Source: Myxococcales bacterium (GTDB taxonomy: Bacteria; Desulfobacterota; Binatia; HRBIN30). From it: a DNA stretch of 64,000 bases. The first letter of the stretch is position 1; every line of letters starts with the position of its first letter. Location of the stretch: assembly GCA_037445065.1 (NCBI GenBank), contig JBBILD010000004.1, positions 168,692-232,691 on the forward strand, written 5' to 3'. Below are positions 17,818-27,018 of this stretch, one piece after another. A program made the translations under genes and the position numbers. The notes under the pieces are model-generated. The model was given only the letters and a program-made list of their open reading frames with translations. It was not told the origin of the DNA and did not search any database.

Positions 17818-20568
17818 TTAGAGGCTCGATACCGGTGCGAGGCGCCGTTCTGGGCGGAGCGTTGCGCGGCGTTGGCGCCATTTCTTTTCCAGCGCGACCA
17901 CCAGCGCCGCTCCAAGACCGATTACGACCGTGCGCAACCAGGCCGCAACCGACAGCGGTGCGGTGTGGAACAGGGCGTTGACGGGCGGCCAGTGGGCGAA
18001 CAGAAGCTGCAAGAGGACGATGGCGACCACGCCCGAGTTGGCCCACGGGTTGGAAAACAACCCCACGCTCCACACCGATCCACGCAGGCGCCTGCAGTTG
18101 AACAAGTAGAACAGCTCCACCATTACAATCACGTTGGCAGCAGCGGTGCGCGCTTCCGCTTGCGGGGCGCCGGATGAGAGTTCCCACAAGAACACGCTGA
18201 ACCCGCCCGCTAGCATCAGGGCGGCCACCAAGACGATGCGCAGCAGCAGCTCTCGGGTGAGAATCGGTTGCGCAGGATCCCGCGGCGGCCGCTGCATGAT
18301 ATCCGGCTCCTTGGGCTCGAAGGCCAGCATCAAGCCCAGGCAGATCGCCGTGGTCATGTTGATCCACAGGATCTGTACAGGCAGCACCGGGAGTGCCGTG
18401 CCGAGAGCGATGGCTGCCAACAAAATCAAACCCTCCCCCATGTTGGTCGGCAGGGTCCACACGATGAATTTCGTGAGATTGTCAAAGACCGCACGTCCCT
18501 CTTCGACCGCCGCAACGATAGAGCGGAAGTTGTCATCAGTCAGCACCATGGCGGCGGCCTCTTTCGCCACCTCGGTGCCGCTCCCCATGGCTACCCCAAT
18601 GTCGGCTTGGCGCAGAGCCGGGGCGTCGTTTACTCCGTCGCCGGTCATTGCCACGACGTGGCCGCGTTCCTGGAAGGCCCGCACTAAACGCAGCTTTTGC
18701 TCAGGAAGCACGCGGGCGAAGACGTGGGTTTGCTCGACCACCTGTGGGAGCCTCGCGTCGTCAATGCGCGCGAGCTCTCTGCCTGTGAGGACAGCGGACT
18801 CGCTGTCCGCTGCACTCATGAGTCCGAGTTTGTAGGCAATCCCTCTGGCTGTGGCCGCATGGTCGCCGGTGACCATCTTCACTAGGATGCCAGCTTGACG
18901 GCAGGCTCGCACCGAGGCGATGGCTTCTTCGCGCGGCGGGTCGAGCATTCCCTGCAACCCGAGAAACACCAAATCGCTTACCTGGTCATGGCTGAGGATC
19001 GCGGGCTGCGCGCGCAATTTGCGGCGCGCAAAAGCCAGGACGCGCAGGCCTTTGGCGGCAAGCGTCTCCGCTGCCTGAAGGATCTCTGTTGGCTCGATCC
19101 GCTGTTCCGCGCCGTTTTCGTCCAAGGCCGCTGTGCATCGCGGGGCCAGGGCCTCGGCGGCGCCTTTGACGTAGAGGACGAGTTCCCCGCTCGGCGTGCG
19201 ATGCAACGTTGCCATGTATTGCCGGCTCGAATCGAACGGCAGTACCTCGAGGCGCGGATACTGTCCCCGCACAGCGCCCGCCTCGATCCCCGCTTTCATC
19301 GCGCACACCAACAGCGCTCCCTCGGTGGGATCGCCGATCACTTGCCAGCCGCCTTCGCGTATGAGACTCGCTTCGTTGCAGAGGGTTCCAGCGAGCAGGC
19401 ACTCGGTCAACGCTGAACCCGCTCGGCTGACAGGACAACCGCTCTCCTCATCGAGGATTTCCCCGCGCGGCTCGTACCCGGAGCCGGTGACCGCGAAGGG
19501 TTTGCCGCCGGCCACGACCGCTTGGACCGTCATTTTGTTTTCCGTCAGCGTGCCGGTTTTGTCGGAACAAATCACGGTGGTGCTGCCCAGAGTCTCGACC
19601 GCGGGAAGCTTGCGGATAATCGCGTTGCGACGTGCTATACGTGCCACCCCAATGGCAAGGGTGACAGTGACCGCCGCGGGAAGCCCTTCTGGGATGGCCC
19701 CTACCGCAAGCGCCACGGCTGCCAGAAACACCTCGACCGCGGGTTGCTGGCGCCACAGACCGAGGGCGAAGGTGAGGGCTGCCAGGCCCAGGATCACCGC
19801 TGTAAGCTGCTTGCTGAAGCGCGCGATCTTACGCATGAGCGGCGTTTGCAGAGAGACCGCCTCACCCATGAGTTGATGGATGCGCCCCAGCTCGGTGGCC
19901 GCCCCGGTAGCCACCACGATGCACGAGGCGTGTCCCGCGCTGACGAGGGTTCCAGAAAAAACCATGTTCACACGGTCTGGCACGTCCGTCTCGGGCGGAA
20001 GCTCGGTGGCTTGTTTGGCGACGGGCACCGACTCGCCCGTGAGCAGAGACTCGTCTACTTGCAGCTCGCGGCTCCACACCACGCGCGCATCGGCGGGAAC
20101 TTTGTCGCCCGGCTCGAGCAAGACGAGATCACCAGGGACGACTTGCGAGGAAGGAATCCGCCGGCGTTTGCCGTCGCGCACGACCGTGGTTTCGGTGCGC
20201 GTGTAGCGTTGGAGGGCCTCCAAGGCGCGCTCGGCGCGCCATTCTTGCACGAAGCCAACGACGGCGTTCACCAACACGACTCCGAAAATCACACTCGAGT
20301 CGGGAAGCTCGCCGAGCAGCAGTGTGATCAGCCCCGCTGCGAGGAGCACGTAAATGAGCGGGTGGTGAAATTGCAGGAGGAATCGTACGAGTGGTCCGTG
20401 CCGCCGCACGCGCGGGAGTTCGTTCGGGCCCAATTGCGCCAGCCGAGCCCGCGCGGCTTCTTCACGCAGTCCGTGTGTACGGTCGCTCTCGAGCAGCAAC
20501 AATAGCTCGTGCAGGGGTAGATGGTGGGCGTGGGGGTGAACGGTTCGGCCGAGGCTGCGCTGGCTCAT
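17818..20568 (-). CDS. Cation (Ca2+-type, P-IIA) transporting P-type ATPase
   Basis: TGES, AIPEGL, DKTGTLT, KGA, TGDGVNDAPAL, QILWIN. Confidence 0.95.
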   Translation of the reverse strand: MSQRSLGRTVHPHAHHLPLHELLLLLESDRTHGLREEAARARLAQLGPNELPRVRRHGPLVRFLLQFHHPLIYVLLAAGLITLLLGELPDSSVIFGVVLVNAVVGFVQEWRAERALEALQRYTRTETTVVRDGKRRRIPSSQVVPGDLVLLEPGDKVPADARVVWSRELQVDESLLTGESVPVAKQATELPPETDVPDRVNMVFSGTLVSAGHASCIVVATGAATELGRIHQLMGEAVSLQTPLMRKIARFSKQLTAVILGLAALTFALGLWRQQPAVEVFLAAVALAVGAIPEGLPAAVTVTLAIGVARIARRNAIIRKLPAVETLGSTTVICSDKTGTLTENKMTVQAVVAGGKPFAVTGSGYEPRGEILDEESGCPVSRAGSALTECLLAGTLCNEASLIREGGWQVIGDPTEGALLVCAMKAGIEAGAVRGQYPRLEVLPFDSSRQYMATLHRTPSGELVLYVKGAAEALAPRCTAALDENGAEQRIEPTEILQAAETLAAKGLRVLAFARRKLRAQPAILSHDQVSDLVFLGLQGMLDPPREEAIASVRACRQAGILVKMVTGDHAATARGIAYKLGLMSAADSESAVLTGRELARIDDARLPQVVEQTHVFARVLPEQKLRLVRAFQERGHVVAMTGDGVNDAPALRQADIGVAMGSGTEVAKEAAAMVLTDDNFRSIVAAVEEGRAVFDNLTKFIVWTLPTNMGEGLILLAAIALGTALPVLPVQILWINMTTAICLGLMLAFEPKEPDIMQRPPRDPAQPILTRELLLRIVLVAALMLAGGFSVFLWELSSGAPQAEARTAAANVIVMVELFYLFNCRRLRGSVWSVGLFSNPWANSGVVAIVLLQLLFAHWPPVNALFHTAPLSVAAWLRTVVIGLGAALVVALEKKWRQRRATLRPERRLAPVSSL

Positions 20569-20710
20569 TTGGAACTATGTCCCACGGGTGAGAGCGGGCG
20601 ACAAGGCCGAATTCGGTAGTTGACCGCTGCGCCGTAGATGTTCATGCAAGGCAAACGCGCGAGAGAAACGTGCTCTGGCGCGGTGTCGAGTTGGTTCAGG
20701 AGCGAGGACG

Positions 20711-21502
20711 ATGGGAAGATTCGAAGGAAAAGTGGGATTCGTTACCGGTGGCGGAACAGGCATTGGCTTGGCGTGCGCGAGAGAGATCGTCGCCGGCGGC
20801 GGTAAGGTGATGCTCGCGGGGCGCAGGGAAGAGGTGCTGGCTTGCGCGGCGGCGGAGCTCGGAACGAGCGCAGCATGGGTGCGTTGCGATGTTACGGACG
20901 ATGCCTCGGTCGAGCAGGCGGTCCACGCTGCGGTCGAGCGTTGGGGTGGGCTGCATGTGGCGGTGAACTCCGCCGGAATGGGGAGCATTGGCTCGGTGCT
21001 GAATGCGGATTTCCAGGAAGTCGTGCGCACGATTGATACGAACCTCCTGGGAGTCTTTCGCTGCTTACGCCATGAAGCTTGCGCGATGAAGGCGAATGGC
21101 GGCGGCAGCATCGTCAACATTAGCTCGATCGCCGCCGTTTTGACCCACCGCTGGATGACCGCGTACTGCGCTTCCAAGGCAGGGGTGGATATGTTGACTC
21201 GCTGCGCTGCAGATGACTTGGGCGAATACGGAATCCGTGTGAACTCGGTGCTGCCCAGCCTCGTAGACACGGAATTGGCCGCGCCGCTCGTGAATGTCGA
21301 GGAAGCCCGCCAGGACTACCTTGCCTGTATGCCAATTGCCAAGATCGGCAAACCGGAAGATGTGGGCAAATTGGTTGCCTTTTTGTTGAGCGACGACGCC
21401 AGTTGGATCAGCGGGCAGTGTATCCCGGTGGACGGCGGCCACACCCTGCGGCGGGGGCCCTATCTGGTGGAGCTGTTCAAGCCGTTCTTGCCGCCGGAGT
21501 GA
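20711..21502 (+). CDS. Short-chain dehydrogenase/reductase
   Basis: TGGGTGIG, NSAG, NISS, YCASK. Confidence 0.95.
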   Translation: MGRFEGKVGFVTGGGTGIGLACAREIVAGGGKVMLAGRREEVLACAAAELGTSAAWVRCDVTDDASVEQAVHAAVERWGGLHVAVNSAGMGSIGSVLNADFQEVVRTIDTNLLGVFRCLRHEACAMKANGGGSIVNISSIAAVLTHRWMTAYCASKAGVDMLTRCAADDLGEYGIRVNSVLPSLVDTELAAPLVNVEEARQDYLACMPIAKIGKPEDVGKLVAFLLSDDASWISGQCIPVDGGHTLRRGPYLVELFKPFLPPE

Positions 21503-21526
21503 GTTGCTGGGCGCGTCCTCGGTGTC

Positions 21527-22003
21527 TCAGGCGGCGCGAGCTTCGCGCACGGCCTTGAGCACTTGCTCGGGGTGTTTTTCCGCGTTGGCCACTTTGGCCC
21601 AATGCTTGCGCACTTTGCCATCTGGACCGATCCACACCGTGGAGCGAATCACCCCCACGGTTTTTTTCCCGTACATGGTCTTCTCCCCATAGGCGCCGTA
21701 CTTTTTCATGACTTTGAGATCAGGGTCGCAGAGCAACGGGAATGGCAAGCGGTATTTTTGCGCAAACTTACGGTGGGACTCGGCATCGTCTGGCGAAACG
21801 CCAATGACCTGCACGCCCAGTTTTTGCAGCTCTTTCCAGGCGTCGCGAAACCCACACGCCTCCTTCGTGCAACCGGGAGTGTCGTCCTTCGGGTAGAAGT
21901 ACAAAACCAGGTCCTTCCCTGCGAAGTCAGCAAGGGAGACGCGGCGGCCCCCCGCGTCTTCGAGCGTGAAATCGGGTGCGGCTTTTCCTTCTTGAATCGC
22001 CAT
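21527..22003 (-). CDS. bcp: Thioredoxin-dependent thiol peroxidase (BCP/PrxQ)
   Basis: YFYPKDDTPGCTKEAC; start MAIQEG after GAGGAGG. Confidence 0.95.
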   Translation of the reverse strand: MAIQEGKAAPDFTLEDAGGRRVSLADFAGKDLVLYFYPKDDTPGCTKEACGFRDAWKELQKLGVQVIGVSPDDAESHRKFAQKYRLPFPLLCDPDLKVMKKYGAYGEKTMYGKKTVGVIRSTVWIGPDGKVRKHWAKVANAEKHPEQVLKAVREARAA

Positions 22004-22094
22004 GTCCACCTCCTCGCTCCCTTTCCTGCCACAGCGGGGAAACGAATCAAGGCGGTGCCGCTGTCGGGGCCAATGGAAGCTGGAGCAACCAGGG

Positions 22095-23303
22095 TTAATG
22101 CGGGTAGAGCAGAACGGATGCGCGTTCTTGCTCCCACCTTTGCTCGTCGGGCTGCGCAAGCGCGTCGAGATCGTGTGGGGTAGAAGCTGGGTCATCCACC
22201 CAGGCGCGAACCTCCTCTCCGCCATGGATCAGGTCGATGGCCAGCCGCTCGTATTCGTACTCGTAGGGAAACTGGCGCCAGAGCGGATCGTGTGGGCGCA
22301 GGGAACGCAGGGCTTTGAGTAACAGGCAAACCAGCCGCCAAGGGCGGAAGCGCTCCGGATCGTACCAGGGTTCGTCTGTGTGAATGTGGATTCCCGCACA
22401 AAGGAGCCCGCTGTGCTTGTGAAAGGTAGGGCGAAAGTAACAGGGGCGAAGACGACACCCAGCAAGCCAAGCTGGAGCGAGCCGTTCCATGGTGGCTAAG
22501 AGCTGCGGAACATCGAGTTCGGGAGCCCCGATGACTTCCAGCGGGCGAGTTGTACCGCGGCCTTCCGAGAGCACGGTTCCCTCGATCAGTACCGTTCCCG
22601 GGTAGCAGCGCGCCATCCACAGGTTGGGCGCGTTTGGGCTCGGGTTTACCCAGCTTCGGTCTCCTAACGGCCAACCGTACCCGGGACCCCGCTGTGGCTC
22701 CCACCCGCGCATGGGTACGACGTGGTAGTCGAGATCGAGTCGCAGGGTTCGGACGAACCACAGGCCCAATTCGCCGATGGTCAGCCCGTGTCGCAGAGGA
22801 AAATTGCCGGCCGCCACGAAACTCTCCCACCCGTCTTGCACGCCAGGTCCCTCGACGGTGCGTCCGATGGGGTTGGGGCGATCCAACACCCATACGCGCT
22901 TGCCCGCTCGGGCAGCTTCCTCCAGCACGTACCGTAAGGTGGTGACAAAGGTGTACACACGGCAGCCGAGGTCCTGCAGGTCCACCAACAACGTATCGAA
23001 ACTGTCCAGCATCTCGGTCGTGGGACGGCGCGTCTTGCCGTACAAACTGAACACCGGGATGCGGTGCACCGGATCGAGGTAGTCGTCGGATTCTTCCATG
23101 TTGTCTTGTTTGTCCCCCCGCAGGCCGTGTTGGGGTCCGAAGGCCGCGGTCAAGCGAACGTTTGGTGAAGCGGCAAGAGCATCGAGGGTGTGCACCATCG
23201 TTTTGGTCAGCGAAGCTGGGTGGGCGAGGAGAGCAACGCGCTGCCCCGAAAGGCGCCGCTGCAAGGTGCGATCGGCGAGCAGGTGGTCAATCCCGAACTC
23301 CAT
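22095..23303 (-). CDS. namZ: DUF1343 / exo-beta-N-acetylmuramidase NamZ family
   Basis: FGPQHGLRG, DLQDLGCRVYTF, LDRPNP, PSPN, SEGRGTTRP; no signal peptide. Confidence 0.88.
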   Translation of the reverse strand: MEFGIDHLLADRTLQRRLSGQRVALLAHPASLTKTMVHTLDALAASPNVRLTAAFGPQHGLRGDKQDNMEESDDYLDPVHRIPVFSLYGKTRRPTTEMLDSFDTLLVDLQDLGCRVYTFVTTLRYVLEEAARAGKRVWVLDRPNPIGRTVEGPGVQDGWESFVAAGNFPLRHGLTIGELGLWFVRTLRLDLDYHVVPMRGWEPQRGPGYGWPLGDRSWVNPSPNAPNLWMARCYPGTVLIEGTVLSEGRGTTRPLEVIGAPELDVPQLLATMERLAPAWLAGCRLRPCYFRPTFHKHSGLLCAGIHIHTDEPWYDPERFRPWRLVCLLLKALRSLRPHDPLWRQFPYEYEYERLAIDLIHGGEEVRAWVDDPASTPHDLDALAQPDEQRWEQERASVLLYPH

Positions 23304-23348
23304 GCCCGCTCTTTACCGGAGAGGGCAGGGAGAAAAAACCGCCGCGGC

Positions 23349-24291
23349 TCACAATTGCCGCCGAGTTTGCTCTGCTGAGCCGGAGGGGAACCAGGCCGGC
23401 AAGGCCGGGAGTCGAGAGACAGTGCGGAGCAGGCTCTCGTGCGTCCCGCAATCGGTCCAGCCAAGTTCCGGTAGCCGCCACACGGCCAACTGCGAGGTCG
23501 CTTGCGCGAGCAGCTCGCGCGAGAAGTTCCAGGCTGGGATTGCGCCAAAATCCTCTGGCCCCGGCCTTGATCCGGTGCAGAGTGGGCGCAAGGCGCTGAA
23601 ACGGTGCGGCAAGAGGCGCTCTGTCAGGTTCAGCCGGGTTGTGAGCCGAAAGACGAGCACAAACGAGTTCCAGAGCGCCCCGCTTTCGATGAGTTGGACG
23701 CTCTGTTGGGCGGAGGGCTTCTCCGCGAACTGACGAACGCGAAAAACGGGGGCATCCGGGTCCCGCTGCCGGAACTTGCGGCCGGGAAGCACATACCCGA
23801 GTTCGGTGTCGGGGCGGTCGGGGACGACCCCGAATAGGAGCAGGAACCGCGGGTGCCGCTCGACGAACCGAGCTGCCAGGTCGAGTTGCTGTGCAAAGCC
23901 AGTGTCGTCGCTTACGTAATGGTCGCTCGGAAACAGGCCGATCGTTGTATCTCCCACGGTCTTCTTCAAGTGCAGGAGAGGGAGGAGAATGCCGGGCCCG
24001 GTGTCGCGGTTCACCGGCTGGACGAAGATGTGTGCGGGAGAGACCGGGGCCAGTTGCTCTTCTGCCCACTTGAGGTGGTGCTGGGTGATCACCACCACGG
24101 TTTGTTTCGGGGGGCGCAAAGAGGCGGATGCGGTCGAGAGTCATCTCGAGCAAGGAACGGCTTCCCAATAGGTGGCAGTACTGTTTCGGAACTGGCTCCC
24201 CGGTGATGCCTTTGGTCAACTCCTGCAAACGGGTTCCGTCGCCGCCAGCGAGCACAATTGCCCAGCGGCCTTGGTTGCGACTCACTGCCAT
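23349..24291 (-). pseudogene. Sugar-phosphate nucleotidyltransferase (mannose-1-P guanylyltransferase-like), frameshifted near 24109-24114
   Basis: N-part AIVLAGGDGTRL...PKQY in ORF 23287..24516; C-part QPVNRDTGPG, FPSDH, FAEKP, WNSF, GWTDCG in ORF 23349..24119; removing one base at the C6 run joins them. Confidence 0.8.
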
Positions 24292-24684
24292 CCATACTTC
24301 TCCTTTGGCTGCTTGCCCCGCCCCCGCCGCATCCCCGCTCTGCCGCTTATGCACAGCCGATGCCGAAGCAGCCGACGATTGGTTTCTGCTGTAGGGGCCG
24401 CTGCCTTTTCGCAGCGATCGCCAACTGGCGTTGACGGAGTCGCGCGTGTGCGAATCGGCGTGGTTGACAATTTGGTTGCTCGGTGCCAAGCCGGGGGACC
24501 GTAGGCACTGCTGCATGCTCCGCGATCAAGCCGCCTCAGTAAATGTTTCGAGATTGGCTCAGCCATCCGGGCGGGCCGCTCCGGTGTGCCTTCGAGGGCC
24601 GATTTTGACGACTCTCCTGGCTGCGGAGATACCCCTGGTGGCCGCGCCCTTGGCTTTTCGCAGTGAAGCCCTTTAGGAGGGGGA

Positions 24685-25455
24685 ATGAAGTCGAACTTCC
24701 TCGAGTCCTTGCGCGATCCGAACCGCTCGCGGAAACCGCGTGAGGTCGGCCTGACGCACGTGTTGGACAAAGGGCTTTCCCTGGCCGAGGTGCGAGGGAT
24801 GTTAGAGGTGGCAGCCAGCTACATTGACATTGTGAAGCTGGGGTGGGGCACCGCGGTGGTGATCGAGAACTTTGCCGAGAAACTCGAACTGTATCGGGAA
24901 GCAGGCGTCGAGGTGTGTTGTGGAGGAAGCCTCTTCGAGGTGGCGTTCAGTCGCAACCGGTTCGAAGAGTACGTCGCCTTCCTGCGTGATCAGGGATTCC
25001 GGCTGGTCGAAATTTCCGACGGCGTGATCGAGATTCCTGCGAAGCAAAAGCTTGGGATCATCGAAAAACTCGCCAAAGACTTCCGGGTGCTGTCGGAAGT
25101 GGGCAGTAAGGACGCAAATGTGGTGGTGGCTCCTTACCGGTGGGTGCAGCAAATCCGCGCCGAGTTGGAAGCCGGCGCGTGGAAAGTGGTCACCGAGGGC
25201 CGGGAGTCAGGCACGGTCGGCTTGTACCGCCAAAGCGGCGAGATTCGCACCGGTCTGATCGAGGAGATGGAGGTTCAGATTGACACCTCCCGCTTGATCT
25301 TCGAAGCGCCCCAGAAAGCGCAGCAGGTGTGGCTGGTCAAGCACTTCGGCTGCAACGTGAACTTAGGGAATATCGCCCCGCAAGAGGTCATCTCGTTGGA
25401 GACCATCCGGCAGGGTTTGCGCGCGGACACGATGAGTCCCAACGTCGCGTCGTGA
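24685..25455 (+). CDS. comA: Phosphosulfolactate synthase (ComA family)
   Basis: KPREVGLTHVLDKG, IVKLGWGT, GGSLFE, EISDG, SEVGSKD, TEGRESG, IFEAP, NVNLGNI, LETIRQGLRADT. Confidence 0.93.
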   Translation: MKSNFLESLRDPNRSRKPREVGLTHVLDKGLSLAEVRGMLEVAASYIDIVKLGWGTAVVIENFAEKLELYREAGVEVCCGGSLFEVAFSRNRFEEYVAFLRDQGFRLVEISDGVIEIPAKQKLGIIEKLAKDFRVLSEVGSKDANVVVAPYRWVQQIRAELEAGAWKVVTEGRESGTVGLYRQSGEIRTGLIEEMEVQIDTSRLIFEAPQKAQQVWLVKHFGCNVNLGNIAPQEVISLETIRQGLRADTMSPNVAS

Positions 25456-25542
25456 GATGGTGGCGCGCGCTCTCCCGTGCCGTTTTGCATGCGAGCCGGA
25501 TTTCGTCCGCCGCCTCGCTGTGGTTCCTGGTCCCCTCAGCGC

Positions 25543-26604
25543 TCAAGTTTGCGGCCCGGGACCTGCACTTGGCGCTTCCATGCCTCCACTCCGATAAGCA
25601 CGCCAGCGAAACTGCAACGCGCGCCAAGGCTGGATGGCAGCGGCATACAGGCGGCGAGCCACGCGAGTGAGTGCGTTGCCGTGCCGGTACACGTACGTGT
25701 AAGGGCGCTCGATCGTGCCGAAGGTTTGCTTGAAGCGCGCCACACCCGGAATCCCGGCGCCAACCATGTCGTACTCCTGTAACCCCCGCGCAGCAGCCCA
25801 GCGGATGACTTCCCAGTGCAGTAAATTGTTAGGACGTAGGCTTTGCGCAGCTCGGTCACTGACCCCGTCCAGATAATACACGGTGCGGGAGTCGAAGGGA
25901 AAAATCCCCGCCGCCACCACCTGCCCCCGGTGGAGAGCCGCCAGAACTCGTGCATTCGCACCCGCTTCGATGGCGCGGTCCATCCTGAGGTAATCCTCTT
26001 TGCGGAGGGGCGGTGCCCGGTGATGGCGGGCGAACACCATCTGCGCGAGTTCGTAGTAGCGATCGGCGACTTCGGCAAGGCGCACTTCCTGTATCGTGAC
26101 TCCTTCTCGTTCTGCTTTGCGGACTGCCCGCCGGCACGCCGGGTCCAAGGCCCGTTGCCATAACTCCCGCTCCCCAGGGCGGAGGTCGAGCACATGGGTG
26201 GCTCGTCCTTCCCGTTCGAACCCGGCTGGCTCCCATACCTGCGCCGGAAGGTCGGCGGCGATCCGCAGCTCGAGGTAGGCGACACCCTGAGCTTTGGCAA
26301 AGTGAGCCAGAGCGGTGAACACTTCGGGCAACAGTTCGGACGGTACCACCGGGCCCAGATAGGGCGTCGCCGCAAGCGGCGGCGGGGATGCAAGAATGCG
26401 AAGCGGGCCACGCCGGAGCTGGAATAGGGGAAGCAGGCCAAGCATGTGCCCATTGTCTTCGATGCGGGTAGGCCGAAACGTGGCACGCGCCAGATCAGCG
26501 ATCAGATCCAGCCAAACTCGTCGGTGAAACACGCTTGCCGGACCAAGCTGGCAAAGCATCGCATCCCAGTCTTCTCCCGAATCTACCTCCACGACTTGCA
26601 GCAT
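25543..26604 (-). CDS. GNAT/FemAB-like (BcsL/CelD-type) N-acyltransferase
   Basis: SVFHRRVW, RRAVRKA, PNNLLHWEVIRWA..G...YDMVG, ARFKQTFG; start MLQVV. Confidence 0.85.
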   Translation of the reverse strand: MLQVVEVDSGEDWDAMLCQLGPASVFHRRVWLDLIADLARATFRPTRIEDNGHMLGLLPLFQLRRGPLRILASPPPLAATPYLGPVVPSELLPEVFTALAHFAKAQGVAYLELRIAADLPAQVWEPAGFEREGRATHVLDLRPGERELWQRALDPACRRAVRKAEREGVTIQEVRLAEVADRYYELAQMVFARHHRAPPLRKEDYLRMDRAIEAGANARVLAALHRGQVVAAGIFPFDSRTVYYLDGVSDRAAQSLRPNNLLHWEVIRWAAARGLQEYDMVGAGIPGVARFKQTFGTIERPYTYVYRHGNALTRVARRLYAAAIQPWRALQFRWRAYRSGGMEAPSAGPGPQT

Positions 26605-27018
26605 AATCCGACGCCAGGCTCGAGAACGCCTGCACCCTAGCCCGCACAAGCATTGGCGCCAAGCACGGCGGGGCAACAGGTTCGCGCCCAGCGGGCTGGC
26701 GTACATCGCATGCAGCCTTGCCTGAAAGACACCCTGTGCAGATTCCGCGGCAGCAGCACGGAGAGCCCCTTGCTTCTTGCCGGCACTGCGACGCTCTTCT
26801 TCTCCCAAGGGCCTGCATGGTCAACCGTGGCCCGCTTGCGTGTTTTATAAGCTAGTGACGGGACGGGTTTCGCGCCTGACCTTGGGACGCGCGCAGCCGG
26901 ATCTTCATCGCCAAAGGCGCCGTAACTGGTGCCGCCGGGAGCGGCGTTTCCTTCGGCCCGTAGCGGTCCCCTGCTTCATCGTCGTGCCCGCTCGAGATCC
27001 TGCGTGTGGCCGGTCAGG

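Noticed and set aside
24685..25455. Coenzyme M biosynthesis, methanogenesis or alkene metabolism
   Set aside because: comA alone is insufficient; no comDE, xcb-type lyase/desulfhydrase or CoM-using enzymes in the window.
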